DNA of 64,000 nt, taken from NCBI RefSeq assembly GCF_001194135.2, contig NC_068981.1:128673422-128737421 (forward strand), in the 5' to 3' direction. This document shows positions 1 through 14,075 of this stretch, piece after piece (position 1 is the stretch's first letter; every line of letters starts with the position of its first letter). The notes beneath the pieces are model-generated. The model was not told where the DNA came from, searched no databases, and worked only from the letters and a program-made list of their open reading frames with translations. This stretch comes from Octopus bimaculoides. Its lineage: Eukaryota. A program made the position numbers and the translations under genes.

Positions 1-48
1 TGTATCTACACATCAGAATATTTCCAACCATTATAAAATAAATGTTCT

Positions 49-303
49 CAATAGTACTCAGCCATTTTTACCTATGGACCCCTTTTATCTATATTTTACT
101 TGGGTGGGCCCTCATAGCCATGCAATATTTTAAAAATCCTATTATATTTTTATATTTATATATTATTAGGCATTGTACAAAAAAAAATGGTTGAAATATT
201 TCATGTACTGTAAAAGTATAACCAATTTATTGCACATAATTTTTAACAATGAAATCTTGTATGGACCCCTAAGGGTCATATGGAATCCAGTTGCAAACCA
301 CTG
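49..303. mobile_element. Degraded hAT (Charlie-like) MITE
   Basis: Degenerate TIRs caatagtactcagcca...ttgcaaaccactg. Internal similarity (atggacccc motifs) to the intact copy at 53624-53890. Confidence 0.55.
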
Positions 304-1089
304 GTTTAAAACCTTGATTCAGCAGATACGATCAACTTTGTGTATCTTTCTTCCTTTCAGAGTTAATAAAATAAAATACCAGTCCAAGGCAGTGGATTGG
401 GAAAATTCATAACATGTTGGACAAGATGCCTTACAAGTAACTGTTTCAGCTCTTTGCATTCTGAGTTCTTGGTTAATAGGTCTAACCTGTTACCCAGTTT
501 AACACCGGCACCTGGTCCTTGGGAACCAAAGGTAGGGTTCACTCTACTAAACGCAACCAAGTATTTAAACCAGACCTCTTGATTTAAGGATAAATTCCTC
601 TTTTTCTCTCACCATTCTTAAATTGCCTGTCTTGCCTTAAACTAAGTGATAAAAAAGGCACTCCAGCCATGACCATGCCATCATTTTGTCTATCTAGAAA
701 TACATGTATTCCAGTGTATTCTTCCTTTTACAAGACAAGGATTAATTAGAGGGAATTTGGCTATTTGTGGCCGGTTGAGAGATTATATATTGGCTTCTCC
801 ATCTAGTTTGAAAGTTAGTATGTTGGTTATGGTTTAGAAATAGCAATAGTGGTGATGCCAGCAACAGCTGAACTTTTTAAAGTTTAGTAAACAAAAAGGG
901 GTAGAATAGTCCAGAGCTCTGAAACAGGAAGCTCAAACTGTCCAACATATTTGTAGCTATGTTGAGGATATGAAACTCCAAAATAGGATGCTATAGAAAA
1001 TTCAAAATACTGTGTACAAAAATTGTAAAAATTATAACTAAGAATTGTAAAGATTCTAATTCTTGAACAAAAGAGGTGAACTAAATTTT

Positions 1090-2245
1090 ATACATTATTT
1101 ACATTTGACGAATATTTGTCCTTATCTTGTTTGTTGTTAAGACGTTTTGGCTGATATACCCTCCATCAGGTGTTTTGGGGAAATTTCAAACCTAAGTTCT
1201 CATACCTAAGGTATTTTTTGATGTTATTATTATTATTCAGCTCACTGCTTGGAATTGAACTTGGAATCTTGGGGTTAGTAGCCCGCGCTCTTAACCACTA
1301 TGCCATGTGCCCATCGGCAATTATGGAGTGAATTTCAGGGCTTATAAATCTATTATTTTCCTATCCTTCCTTAATACCGGTTCCCATATGCTACTCATAT
1401 CTGCACTCGGTCTGCTTAGGAGGTTGTTGTGTCCTAGCATATATGCTGCTTCTTTTAGTTTTCATATTTTACAATGGTGTTCTCTGTCTATTATTTTAAC
1501 TTCATTCCACAGGGGGAGGTGGTCTCCATTTTTCCATATATGATCAGCTATACTCGATTTATCAATATCTCCTCATGTCACAGCTTTGTGATGTTTGTCT
1601 ACCCTTATTTTGAGAGGTGGGGGTATGTTTCGCCTTTGTATATCCTACCAAAGACTGCGTGTACTCCATCCTATGCAGCTGTGGTAGGTTATACATAGGT
1701 GAAATATGCTGCCCCCTCAAAATAAGGCTAGACAAACATCACAAAGCTGTGACATGAGGAGATATTGATAAATCAGATATAGCTGATCATGTATAGAAAA
1801 ACGGAGACCACCTCCCCCTGTGGGATGAAGTTAAAATAATAGATAGAGAACACCACAAGAAAATACAAAAACTAAAAGAAGCAGCACATATGCTAGGACA
1901 CAACAACCTCCTAAGCAGACCAAATGCAGATATGAGTAGCATATGGGAATCAGTATTAAGGAAGGATAGGAAAATATTAGATTTATAAGCCTTAAAATTC
2001 ACTCCATAATTGCCCATGGGCATATGGTGTAGTGGTTAAGAGCGCGGGCTACTAACCCCAAGATTCCAAGTTCGATTCCAAGCAGTGACTTGAATAATAA
2101 TAATAATAACATCAAAAAATACCTTAGGAATGAGAACCCAGGTTCAAAATTTCCCCAAGATACCTGATGAAGGCTGGAGTGTATATCAGCCTAAATGTTG
2201 TTAACAACAAACAAGATGAGGACAAATATCCATCACATATAGAAC
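1090..2245. mobile_element. Palindromic (head-to-head) Penelope-like element: GIY-YIG relic + tRNA-like module + (AAT)n + hammerhead-like tail
   Basis: Arms ~1090-1650 and ~1685-2235 are reverse complements. + strand 1650-1988 reads VYSILCSCGRLYIGE...RLDKH...DHV...WDEVKIIDRE...LKEAAH with stops. 13-bp TSD tgaactaaatttt at 1077-1089 and 2246-2258. Confidence 0.82.
2018..2090 (+). other. tRNA-like Pol III module inside the Penelope-like element (not a functional tRNA)
   Basis: A-box TGGTGTAGTGG (2025-2035), anticodon-like loop ctACTaa, B-box AGTTCGATTCC (2069-2079); no intact acceptor stem. Confidence 0.7.
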
Positions 2246-2335
2246 TGAACTAAATTTTGTTTGTATTTTTGTAGTTGTTTATTTGGATATTGTAAAGAGC
2301 TTATTTTTTTAAAAATCTTATTGTAAATATTGCAG

Positions 2336-2464
2336 TCAATCGAAGAAGACGTAAATGAGGATGAGAAATTGGATAACTTACAGCTTACCCTTGAAGTGCC
2401 ACTGTATGATTCAGAAAATGTTGTTGCCATTGAAATGTTACTGTTTTTCCATTATGAATTGCAT
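2336..2464 (+). CDS. TMEM231: TMEM231 internal exon (129 bp, phase 0/0)
   Basis: tgcag|TCAATC...TTGCAT|gtaagt; SIEEDVNEDEKLDNLQLTLEVPLYDSENVVAIEMLLFFHYELH. Confidence 0.93.
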
Positions 2465-5400
2465 GTAAGTTCATTGTTAAACATTTCATATCATTGAAAT
2501 TAGAAACAGTTTTAACTCTATTGATTCACACTCAACGGCCTCCATCAATTGATAACCTGTAACAGAAACAATAGGATAATGTATGTAAAATCTGTTTGTT
2601 ATATGGACTACTCTTTGGAATTCAGCATGAGTGTATGACAAGTGAACAGTTTGTGTATCACACTTTTTAACATGTTAGAGACAGGGTTATAAGAAGATTT
2701 TGTGAGGTTGGTAAGTCTTCTTGAAATGGCATGGTTTCTACGGTGGCAAGAAATTCTCTGTTTTATCTCATTTAGCTGTAAGAAAGTAGGATAGTGTTAA
2801 CCCATTAGCATTTAAACTAGCCATATCCAACTCTAATATTCAAACTGGCCAGATTTGGCTTTTCACACATACCCTACAATGTCATTTTAAAAATAAACAG
2901 TCACCTCATCAAAATCTCAAAGCTATGAGATAATACATGATTAATTCAAAACAATGTCAATAAATAAGCATTACATTTGAAAGAGTAATCTGAATCCTGA
3001 AGGGTTAAATGTATTTAGTTTTTTAGTAAGACTTGAAAACAATATTCAAGGCACTCGTGAAAGGTAATATTTATTATGAAGTATTTTTCTCTGTATTTCA
3101 TTTTAGAAGAATTTTAGTACCTTACAATCTGTCTACAAATATATCATTTGCTTCAAACTCCCAATACACTAGCTATCAACAATCAGTTCAGTAGCTATCA
3201 GTGATTTATGTGCTTCCACCAACTAACCCAAGTATAGATTACCACTCTATTAGCTATCAACACTCAGCATGAATGTCAAGACACTAGCTTTCTGTAACAA
3301 ACCCACTAAATACAAATCGCCAGCCTTTTACCTATGAACAGACTTTTTATTTTAAAATATTGACTGTGTTGCACACACTCAATTCAGTAGCGTACCAGTC
3401 TATCAACTAAAGTATTGATGGTTCATATCTTCACACTGGCAAAGACATGCAACCCTCCATGTGCTTATTTGTCAGTTGTAATGCCATGAAAACACTTTAA
3501 TTCTCAAGTATTTTGTTGCCTTGCTGTCCTAAGTTCAAAATCATACTATGGACTTAATAAATAGCAATAGCAAGTTACTGTAGTAATCAATTTAGTAATG
3601 TTCCTAATGGGTTATATAACATGACATTTAAATTCCTTATTGTCTTTCTTTTTGCAGAAGCATGGTTCATTGTATATGAATTCTATGGCTTATATTCATC
3701 ATTCATCTGTAATACCAGGTGCCAAAATAGATGTGTATGGTACATTGGAAACTGTGCAGAGAATACCTCTTCACTATAAAGGCAATGATATACGATTTAA
3801 CGTAAGTTTAATGATGTAATTGTTCTCTTTTCTACTACAGATAAATCACCCACTTCTTTTAACATTTGTTTTATTTTGTTTACTACTGTACTGATGGCAT
3901 GTAAAATGCACCCAGCACACTCTGTAGAATAGTTGGTGTTAGGAAGGGCATCCAACCATAGAAACCTTGCTACAACAGATAATTGGAATCTGGACAACTC
4001 CCCAACTGGCCAGCTCCTGTCAAACCATCCAACCCATTCCAACATGGAAAATAGATGCTAAATGATGCTGATGGTGATTGTAACTGCTATTTTCCCATTA
4101 TGGAAAGCTGAAATGATATCCTCTTTTGGGGAGAGAAGTTACTGTTTCATTTGTTAAACATTGCTGAATCTGTATCTAAGAGAATGTTTGTTATATGGAC
4201 CACTATTTGTAACCCAGCTTGAGTGTATAACAAGTGAACATTTGTGTATGACACCTTTTAACATGTTAGAGATAAGGTTATTGGAAGATTTGGGTGATTG
4301 GTAAGTCTGCTTGCAATGGCATGGTTATTTACTGACTACTTATGGGGATTGTTTCCAAGCACAGCAAGAAGAAAGCCATGCTCAACAAAATAGAGCAATA
4401 GCAATGTTCATGCATTTTCCCAATGCTTGCAACATTTTTCCTTTTGTGAACAACCACTGGAAAAAACAGAATATTTATACTTCAGAAATTGTGATACTCA
4501 GTATTAGAAAAAATGAGAAAAAGTGATGGTCTCAGATGAAATACCTCTATCATATGTCTTCTCAGTAAGAGTCAATCTGATGCTTAACAAAAATAGCAAC
4601 AACTGTTAATGCAACTAAAACTCCATGACCTTTAAAAACATTATTACGCAGTTAAGTTTGGTAATTTATACCAATACTCATTGTTAGAGCTTTAATATTG
4701 GTTTCATATTTGTGACAGCATTAATTTGGACTGTTGTTTCTAGCAAAAGGTCCTGTCTCATCTACACTCACGCATTAAATCCACTTCAGAATCAAAACAA
4801 CAAACATTGTGCTGTAATTTTTAACAAGTCAACACTGCCCTATTTATCATATATCTCAGGAGAATTTTCTTCAGTGAGGAATTTCCAAACATTCTGTGTC
4901 ACTAATACCTTTTGGCTAGAAATTCACCTCCTGTAGACTGAATGTCCTTTCTTACAAAAAAGAAAACAAACACAATAAGCATGAGTTTGTTTTTTTGCTG
5001 GAATTTTTTTTTCTGCTTTCATAACAGAGTAAATTTCTCTGTGAATTTATCAGACTTTAAGCTTTTCCTTGGACAGCCTTTTGTTTCATTATTTTTGTCT
5101 TTTCCTTCTAAAAGCCATTTTGCTTCTTATTAATCATGTTGGCAGAGAGACAGACAAATGAGAGGAGTGACATTTATTTTACATTCCTGTGTCTTTCTGT
5201 AATTTCATTTCCATTTTAAGATATTTAATGAAATTTTTTTAAATGTTAATTCATATACATAACGCATAATATATTTATTGTACTTATATATACATATATA
5301 ATACATATACTTGGAAATGGATGCGTGGCATTCGATCATATAATAATATAAATAATATATAAATATATGCATATATCCATACATATATGTACATACCTAC

Positions 5401-6930
5401 ATATATATGTATATATACATGCATATATGGGTACAGGACATCAAGAAAACGTTGAACACAATGAGAAACAAAAACATAGAAAACAAACTTTGTTTTTGTT
5501 TTCGTTTCTCATTGTGTTCAACGTAAATAGCACCATTTGAACATGATCGTTACCAGCGTCGCCTTACTAGCACTTGTGCCGGTGGCACGTGAAAAAACAT
5601 TCAAGCGAGGTCGTTCCCAGTGCTGCTGGACTGGTTCCTGTGCAGGTGGCACGTAAAAATCACCATTTGAGCATGGCCGTTGCCAGTACCGCCTGACAGG
5701 CACGAGGGCCGGTGGCACGTAAAAGCACCCACTACACTCTCAGAGTGGTTGACGTTAGGAAGGGCATCCAGCTGTAGAAACTCTGCCAGATCAGATTGGA
5801 GCCTGGTGCAGCCTTCTGGTTCACCAGTCCTCAGTCAAATCGTCCAACCCATGCTAGCATGGAAAGCAGATGTTAAACGATGATGATGATGATGATATAT
5901 ATATATCCTAGGATCACTACCCTCAAACCAAATTAAATGAATGGTTTTTAAACATATATATATATATATATTTATGTATAGGCATAAGTGTATGTTTGTA
6001 TGTACATGCATCTATATATATATATATATGGGCCAAGTTTAGAGAGCTCTTACCTCTGCTGGCGACAAAGGGACTCTCACTCAGCGTAAAAGGCAGACTG
6101 TATGATGCATGTGTACGAACAGCCATGCTACATGGCAGTGAAACATGGGCTGTGACTGCTGAGGACATGCGTAAGCTCGCAAGGAATGAAGCCAGTATGC
6201 TCCGCTGGATGTGTAATGTAAATGTGCATACCCGTCAGAGTATAAGTATCTTGAGAGAAAAGCTGAACATAAGAAGCATCAGTAGTGGTGTGCAAGAGAG
6301 ACGATTGCGCTGGTTTGGACATGTGGTGAGAATGAATGAGGATAGCTGCGTGAAAAAGTGCCACTNNNNNNNNNNNNNNNNNNNNNNNNNNNNNNNNNNN
6401 NNNNNNNNNNNNNNNNNNNNNNNNNNNNNNNNNNNNNNNNNNNNNNNNNNNNNNNNNNNNNNNNNNNNNNNNNNNNNNNNNNNNNNNNNNNNNNNNNNNN
6501 NNNNNNNNNNNNNNNNNNNNNNNNNNNNNNNNNNNNNNNNNNNNNNNNNNNNNNNNNNNNNNNNNNNNNNNNNNNNNNNNNNNNNNNNNNNNNNNNNNNN
6601 NNNNNNNNNNNNNNNNNNNNNNNNNNNNNNNNNNNNNNNNNNNNNNNNNNNNNNNNNNNNNNNNNNNNNNNNNNNNNNNNNNNNNNNNNNNNNNNNNNNN
6701 NNNNNNNNNNNNNNNNNNNNNNNNNNNNNNNNNNNNNNNNNNNNNNNNNNNNNNNNNNNNNNNNNNNNNNNNNNNNNNNNNNNNNNNNNNNNNNNNNNNN
6801 NNNNNNNNNNNNNNNNNNNNNNNNNNNNNNNNNNNNNNNNNNNNNNNNNNNNNNNNNNNNNNNNNNNNNNNNNNNNNNNNNNNNNNNNNNNNNNNNNNNN
6901 NNNNNNNNNNNNNNNNNNNNNNNNNNNNNN

Positions 6931-6973
<43 letters not shown>

Positions 6974-9900
6974 GTGTGTGTATAGGGAAGAAAATGTTGT
7001 AACTGTAACAATTTCTTCCACCTCTCTTGTGTCAAACTCACTCGATGCACCTTGGAATCGCTGCATTGGTGGCACTGCCCAAGCTGCCTAACCTCCAGAG
7101 GAGAATGTAATTCTCAATACTATGAGCGAACACAGAGGTGTGGCGTAGTTGTGACTTGACCCCACTCAGTCATGATGAAGTCTTGGTGTCAATCTCCGGC
7201 CTTACACAGTGGCAGAGAATCATCTTCAGAATCCCCAAAGCTGCCCATACTTTTGTGGCTGAAGTACTAGTGTCATCTATAGACCAGGCACTTGCTACCA
7301 ACAGCTTGCAAGACTGGAACATCCAACACACTCATGGCTGCTGACAACAGGGTTGCTTTTTCCACAGGTATCCAGCAGGGTGACCTTCATAGTCCACTCC
7401 TTTTTGTGTTGGTTGTCAGTGATGTTGCCCAACCAGTCCACTGACCCTTCAGTGTCTGGTACCTGGATGACATGACCCTGGCTGGCTCAGCTGAGCCTGT
7501 AGTTGGAGACTTTCAGCAGGTCATCCCAGCCCCAAAGCTTCTTAGGTTTGAGATCAAATCTGCCCAAGTCAGAGGTGATAAACATGAACTGTGATGAGGT
7601 TGATTTCTAGGACACCATATTCAGCATCCAACCCATCTTGGCAGGGGCTCAGCTGACTCCAAGAGATGCCATCTGCATTCTTGGCTTCTCAATCCTCCTG
7701 AAAGCCATAACAGAGTGCCTGGAGACTAAGCTTGCAGACTTGTCTAGGATGACTGAGAGATTGCACCTCATTGACACACATCATGCTCTTCCTTTTGAGG
7801 AATTGTTTTGCTCTGCCTAAGCCCCTTTTCTCACTATGTAAGATGCCATGTCATCCTCTCACAGATTGCCTCAGGGAAGTCAATGCCACCATCTGTTATT
7901 GTGCTGAACTGATCTGCAATGTCAGTTTTGACAGCACCAGCTGGCAACAGGCTAATCTACCTATTAAATTCAGTGGCCTTGGCCTCCATTCCACTATTGA
8001 CCTGGCTCTGGTAGCTGATCTTTTCCTCAATCTCCTCCTGCCACACCCTCATCAACAAAGCACCCCACAGGATGACTGAACCCAATGTGACCCAGGAACT
8101 GGAACAGTCAGCTCTGGCCAATTGGACCATTGAAGGTCTTGCCATCCCCCAGAATACAGATGTCTAATGTAACAGCAATGACATCAAATCAAAATCTACC
8201 TTCAGGCAGAATGAGACATCCTTAGACCAGCGCTGCCTTGCCCACCTCCATTCTGCTTCACAGTCAAACAGTGGTGCATAGCTCAATACAATGCCTTCTT
8301 CATCAACTATCTTGATCGTGAGTGCACTCATATCAAGGTGGCTCAGGACCTTGGTCTGTGTGTGTGTGCGAGCCACACAAATGCCATTATGGAACTGTAG
8401 TCAATGAATTCAACCTGCATCAATTATTTCGCAGCCATAGTGCAGGCAGGTTCTCTTGACATGCCACCCTGAATGGTATAATTAGAAGGGGCCTCCACAC
8501 AGCCTGCTGCATGTCACAACTGAAGCCAGTTGGTCTTGACTGCAAAGATAGTAGGCATCTTGATGCTATAAGCTTCTTATATGAAGGAGACACTGCAAAA
8601 TGCTGCAACACGTTCTCCAGCTCCAACCATGTAGAGGAGAGAAAGATAAGCAAATACATGAGCCTAATCAGCCGTTGTCTGTTTGTGCTAGTCACCATCT
8701 AGACCTCAGGTGCTCTTGGATCCTGCACTGTTGATTTTCTCCACAAAATCAGGATGACTACAGCCCCTCTGAGAAATGATCCCTGCAAGATGGGGTAGTT
8801 GTTGCAGTGAGTATTGCTAGTTACTCTCTATGGCAATGCCTTTGCAGCTATGTTCACAAGGCATGGCTGCACACCACACCATTTAGTCTGGGGTGTACAG
8901 TACAACTTGTTACTCCCTCCTCCTCCTCCTGTAAAAATATGTTAATAAATAAACAAAAGATTAAACAAAAAAATTATGATGATTATTTTTCACCTTTACA
9001 TTGGTTGGATGGCTTTGCAGAACCCAGTATTTCTACAGTAGAAAGACTTTGGTTTTATACCCTTTCTTAATATTAATTATTTAATGAGAAAGCAGTTTCT
9101 AAAACCAATTGGAGCTTGTGGAAGAGGAAGACCAAGAAAGGCATAGGAAGAAATGATGAAAGCTGATCTCAGGAGAGGATGAAGATGAGATCCAATACAG
9201 AATCTCACCAACTAGTGTGATGTGCTGTACAGACAAAGACCTGCACAACCCATGCAAATATGGTAAAATGGATGTAAAGTGATAATGTGCTGTATCCAAG
9301 AATACAAGGCAATAACTGTAGCAATATTTGAAAGCACAAACTACAGTTAAGTCTGAAAACAATTGTCTTTAAATTTATGATTAAGAAAGTAATTATTTAA
9401 GTATGTGGAGATTCTTATCTTATTAATTACTATCAAGAATTTCATTTAATTGTTGTAATTACCTAAGGACACAATTTAGGTAGAACAGTTTGCCAAATTG
9501 GCACAATAAATTGCTCTTAGCAGAAGTTGATATTTTGACTTTCAAGGGTTTGTAATCAATTCTTTTAATTTTGTTTGGAATTATGTTCATGTGAATTTGC
9601 TTTCCAATGTCAGTCAGTTATAAATCATCATCTGCAGACTGATGATTGGTAATGTCAATCGCAGTTGTGAGGGTGATGGTTGTGGTGGTAGCAATGGAGG
9701 GAAGAGGAGGAAGAGGAATATTACATCGGCAATGATATAGACATGATAGTGAGTAATGAGTATTATTGTGCTGCTGGTATATGAGGACAATGACAATTAC
9801 ATTGTTGGTTCTAATGATGTTAACAATAACAAAAGGGGGTGATCATTTCTAGTATAGGAATGATCATTTCTAGTATATGTTCAAGACTTCAGATTTAGTG

Positions 9901-12900
9901 GGAGGAATATGGTCAATTTAATTGATCTCAGTACTTCACTGGCTCCAATTTTTGGCTCTGGGACTTAATGCAATAGTACATGACATTTTATCCAACATTT
10001 TACTATTGGAATTATACTTATAATCATAAAGATGATTAGACATGCAAAATTGCTGTAAAACAAACTCTATGTTATATAGTTCATCTTGACACAATATTTC
10101 ATGAGATATATTAACTAACATTCTTTCAATGTCTATAATTCAATCTGTTCTCCCATTCATTTCCAGACATCCGTAATTGATTCTGACAGTGCATTTGCCT
10201 CAGCTTATGATTTGTCTAATATTCTGAAGAAGTATCATGAAAGAAATGGTATGTTCATTCTTTTGTAAAAATTTGCTGGAGGAACAATATCTTGCTTCAT
10301 TTAACACCTGTCGAGTGTCCTAGTCTAATCACCTATTTGTCCAAGTTTTTTTCCCCTATTTGCTCTACTTTAGTCACTCGCTTTTCTTTATTTATTTCCC
10401 CTATTTGTTTTAGATTATTTTCCTTATTCTAATTTTGGCCACCTACTCATCCATATTTAATTTCCTGAGTAGTACTACTTTAACTTCCTTAGTTACTATT
10501 CTTTACTCCACTTACTAGTTTACTCCACCAATTTCATCTATTTTGATTTATCTATTTGTCCTAATTTAGCCAAACTATTTGTTTTGATATAATACTACAT
10601 TTCTCAGTGTAACCAACCTACTTGGCATGTTCTAGTTTAGTCTCAGTTTAGTTCATTTATTTGCCTAATTTTAGTTTAAACCACCTACATAGTTGGTCTT
10701 AGTTGAGACTGCTTACATTACCATTCTCACTTTAGACCACCAAGATGATGTGTCATTTTCCTTACCTTCTTAAACATTTCCAGGTTTTATATTTTTGCAA
10801 AAAATTCCTATACTATTAACTCCATATCCCTAGAACTAGTAATTATCTTAGTTCAGATGCAATCATAAACACAAGAGATATGTTAAACAACTTTTGGATT
10901 ACCTCTAGAAGATAAATTGCTCCTACAACCATCAATTAACCACTAGGAAGATGAAATTTATTAGAGCTGGACTTTTGTTGTGTTGGTAGTTTGGTAGTCT
11001 GAACTGGGATGCATTATGTCAGTGGACAGGTATCAAGACATGACAATAACCTTGATTTATTTGTCAAATATCTCACTGGCAATTTTTTAAACAGCTCATA
11101 TTTATTGCTTTTTTTTTACATGTGCAGTAAAGGAAGTGGTATTGACTTCATCATCATCATGTGTGATGTTATCATCATGATGAACATTCAGCACATTATT
11201 AATATCATCATTCCTATTCTCACACATATATTGTTTGAAAAACATTGTAATCATCATTATTATCAGTTTAACATCTATCTACAAGTATGCAAGGGTGAGA
11301 AATATATGAGCTGTGGTTAAATATGTGTTCTAGTATAAATTTTATAAAAGTTTTTCTCTGAAAATTTTTTAAACCAAATTTTATCGCCTGTCAAATAATT
11401 AAAAACTTGACAATCTCTTTCGTAATATATGGTGTTTATATATGTTTTATCATCCATCTTGTTTCAAACTTGAACTTCTATACTGAATAGTAAAGAGTTC
11501 AAGAAAGTTATATGTAAAAGCCATATTACACTATTGCCAGCAACTGTAGATTACACAAAAGTAACTAATTGACATGAGGATTTTCAGTTAAAATAATTAC
11601 ATCTAGTAGCAGCCTTCACATAATGCTGAGAGCAGAAAGAATTAACTCATTGACAACAAGATTTATACAGCTGTTAGTGGTAGAGAAATATCCTATTGTG
11701 GAAAGAGTTCACAGTTGTTTGGTATGTCAGAACGTTTGTTCTTCACATAATGCTGACAGCAGAAAAAATTAACTCATTGACAACACGATTTATACTGCTG
11801 TTAGTGGTAGAATAATATCTAATTGCAGAAAGAGTTCGCAGTTGTCTAGTATGTCAGAATATGTGTTTGAGATATGGTTAGGTTTGGATTTGAACTAGTA
11901 CATACATTTCAGAATGATTGATGATTTTGTGTTTAAGACAACAGTCTCAGGTTGAAAGGAATACAAGAGCAAAGAGGAGCCATGTGCTATAAAGATAAAG
12001 TTCCCAAGTGCAATGACTTCAGGCACAGTTAGATGCTCATCCTATCACCAATTTTTATAACATCAACAGGATTTAAAGAGCATCATTTCTCAAAACCATC
12101 ACACCCATGCTAACATGAGAAAATAAATACAAAATGAAATCAGTTTTGTTATATTTTACCTTATCATAACAGTGCACTAAATTTTCTGTTTCTTTCCAGT
12201 GACCACCAAATTGATAGAACCGTACTATGTTTGGACCATTGGACGTGGGGCCAAAATGCCATTTATTATTTCAGTGACCATTAACTACCCACAGCAAGAA
12301 TTTATGTATCCTTTTAATCATTCATTTGTTTGTTTTTCATTCATTTTTCTATGCTAGCGGAAGTGTGCATCTGTACATTTACATTCGACAATTCATATAA
12401 AAAAAGCACTGAGCTGTAGATGGTAATATTGATATTTGTCAATAATCATTTGCAAATTCCTTACTTTTGAAGGCAAGTGGAATGAAAACACCTTTACTTG
12501 TAAGATAGGTTAGTAACAGGAAGGGAATCTGGCTGTAAAACAATACCTCAGTAATATGTATTTGTTTAAACCATGCTAGCATGGAAAAATAAGACAAATG
12601 AATATATTTGAGGTGCATTCTAGAATTTTTGAAACTTTTTCAGGAGATACATTTACTAATTTCAAAGAGGTACAAAACTCTGACTTCAATGCACTTGTTG
12701 TAGTGCACCAGCCACTTCATGAAAGCCCCATGGAAGTCCTCCAAAGTGAAAGTGTCCAGGACTCTTACATTATCCTGGTGCAGGTGCCATCAACCCAAGT
12801 GGAAGAGCTCTGGCCTTTTGCAACAAAATCTTTTCTGAACTCCCTCAAAACCTCCACAAAGTATTCTTTGTTGACCATCTGATCAGGGAGAACCCAATAG

Positions 12901-14039
12901 ATATAGATGATACCCTTGCTGCTAAAAACAGGGATCATCATCAGCTTCCTAATGGACTTGCTTTGCCTGACCTTCTTGGGTCTAGGACTGACAAGATGCT
13001 TTCATTGGGCACTCTGTCTCTTGGTTTCTGGATCATAACAGTAGGCTCATCTTTTGTTACAGGTCACCAGAGATTCAAATACTCTTGGACTGGAAGTAAT
13101 GAGCTCAACCATCTCCATGCTGTCACAGCACCTCTTCCTTTCTGTTCATCACTGAGCACTCTGGGAGCAAACTTTGCATAAATTTTTTGCATGTTCAGAT
13201 CTTCATGAATAATTCTGTGTACAGTTGCCACACTAAATCTAAACTATGCTGTTTGTCTTTATAGACATACTATGTTCTTCATCCAAATCATTGCAAATTT
13301 TCTCAGGATATCCTGATGTCCCTCTCCTCCCACACTTCTCATCGTCTCTCACCTCCTCTCTATCATCCTTGAACCTCTCTTTCTGGCAAAAAACATGCTC
13401 AGCTCATACAAGTTAATCTATGAACAGTCTGTAGCATTTCACAAGTTTCTGTAGCATATTTGTTTTGTTTAACACAACACTTTATTGCATAGCAAGCTTC
13501 TAAATTGTCTTCACATCTCAACTGCATTCTGCAAACTAGCCAGCTGTGGCAAGCAATGTTTAGTAGAGTATGTTCAAAGTGCTGTAACAGCTGTCTCTTT
13601 CAATCTGGATAAAAAAAAGTTGGCAGGTCAGGTAATAATATGTATAGTAATGACATGCTAAAATTACAATCAATAATCTAGGACAGTTATAACTGCCTCT
13701 CCTAAATAAAAAGTCTCAAAACTTCTGGAATGCACCTTAATTTGAATGAAATGACTACAATTTTACATCCAGTTTTCCATGATTAGGATGCCTTTTTGTT
13801 GAATTTCATCATCCTCATCATCATTTAACGTCTGTTTTCCATGCTGGCATAGGTTGGATGGTTTAACTAAAAACTGGTAAGCTGGGCATTATGTACATTA
13901 TTTACATTTGACGGATATTTGTCCTCATATTGTTTGTTGTTAACACGTTTCAGTTGATATACCCTCCAGCCTTCATCAGGCGTCTCAGAGAAATTTTGAA
14001 CCTAGGTTCTCATTCCTAAGGTATTTTTCGATGTTGTTG

Positions 14040-14075
<36 letters not shown>

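Noticed and set aside
2018-2090. Possible tRNA-Ser(ACT) gene
   Set aside because: No acceptor stem, short variable arm and weak anticodon stem; it is embedded in a repeated mobile element. Other tRNA-like heads in the window are SINEs too.
5522-5725. Hairpin repeats with variable intervals resembling a CRISPR array
   Set aside because: The intervening parts are homologous to each other, there are no cas genes, and the array is part of an RTE 3' UTR in a eukaryotic intron.
5996-7075. Long ORFs spanning N-gaps (also 14031-14639 and 30474-31195)
   Set aside because: Artefacts of translating Ns and microsatellites; only the RTE portion 6029-6365 is real coding relic.
10300-10750. Pyrimidine-rich stretch with recurring tatttg/cctaattt words
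   Set aside because: No definable period or termini; treated as degenerate low-complexity intron sequence.
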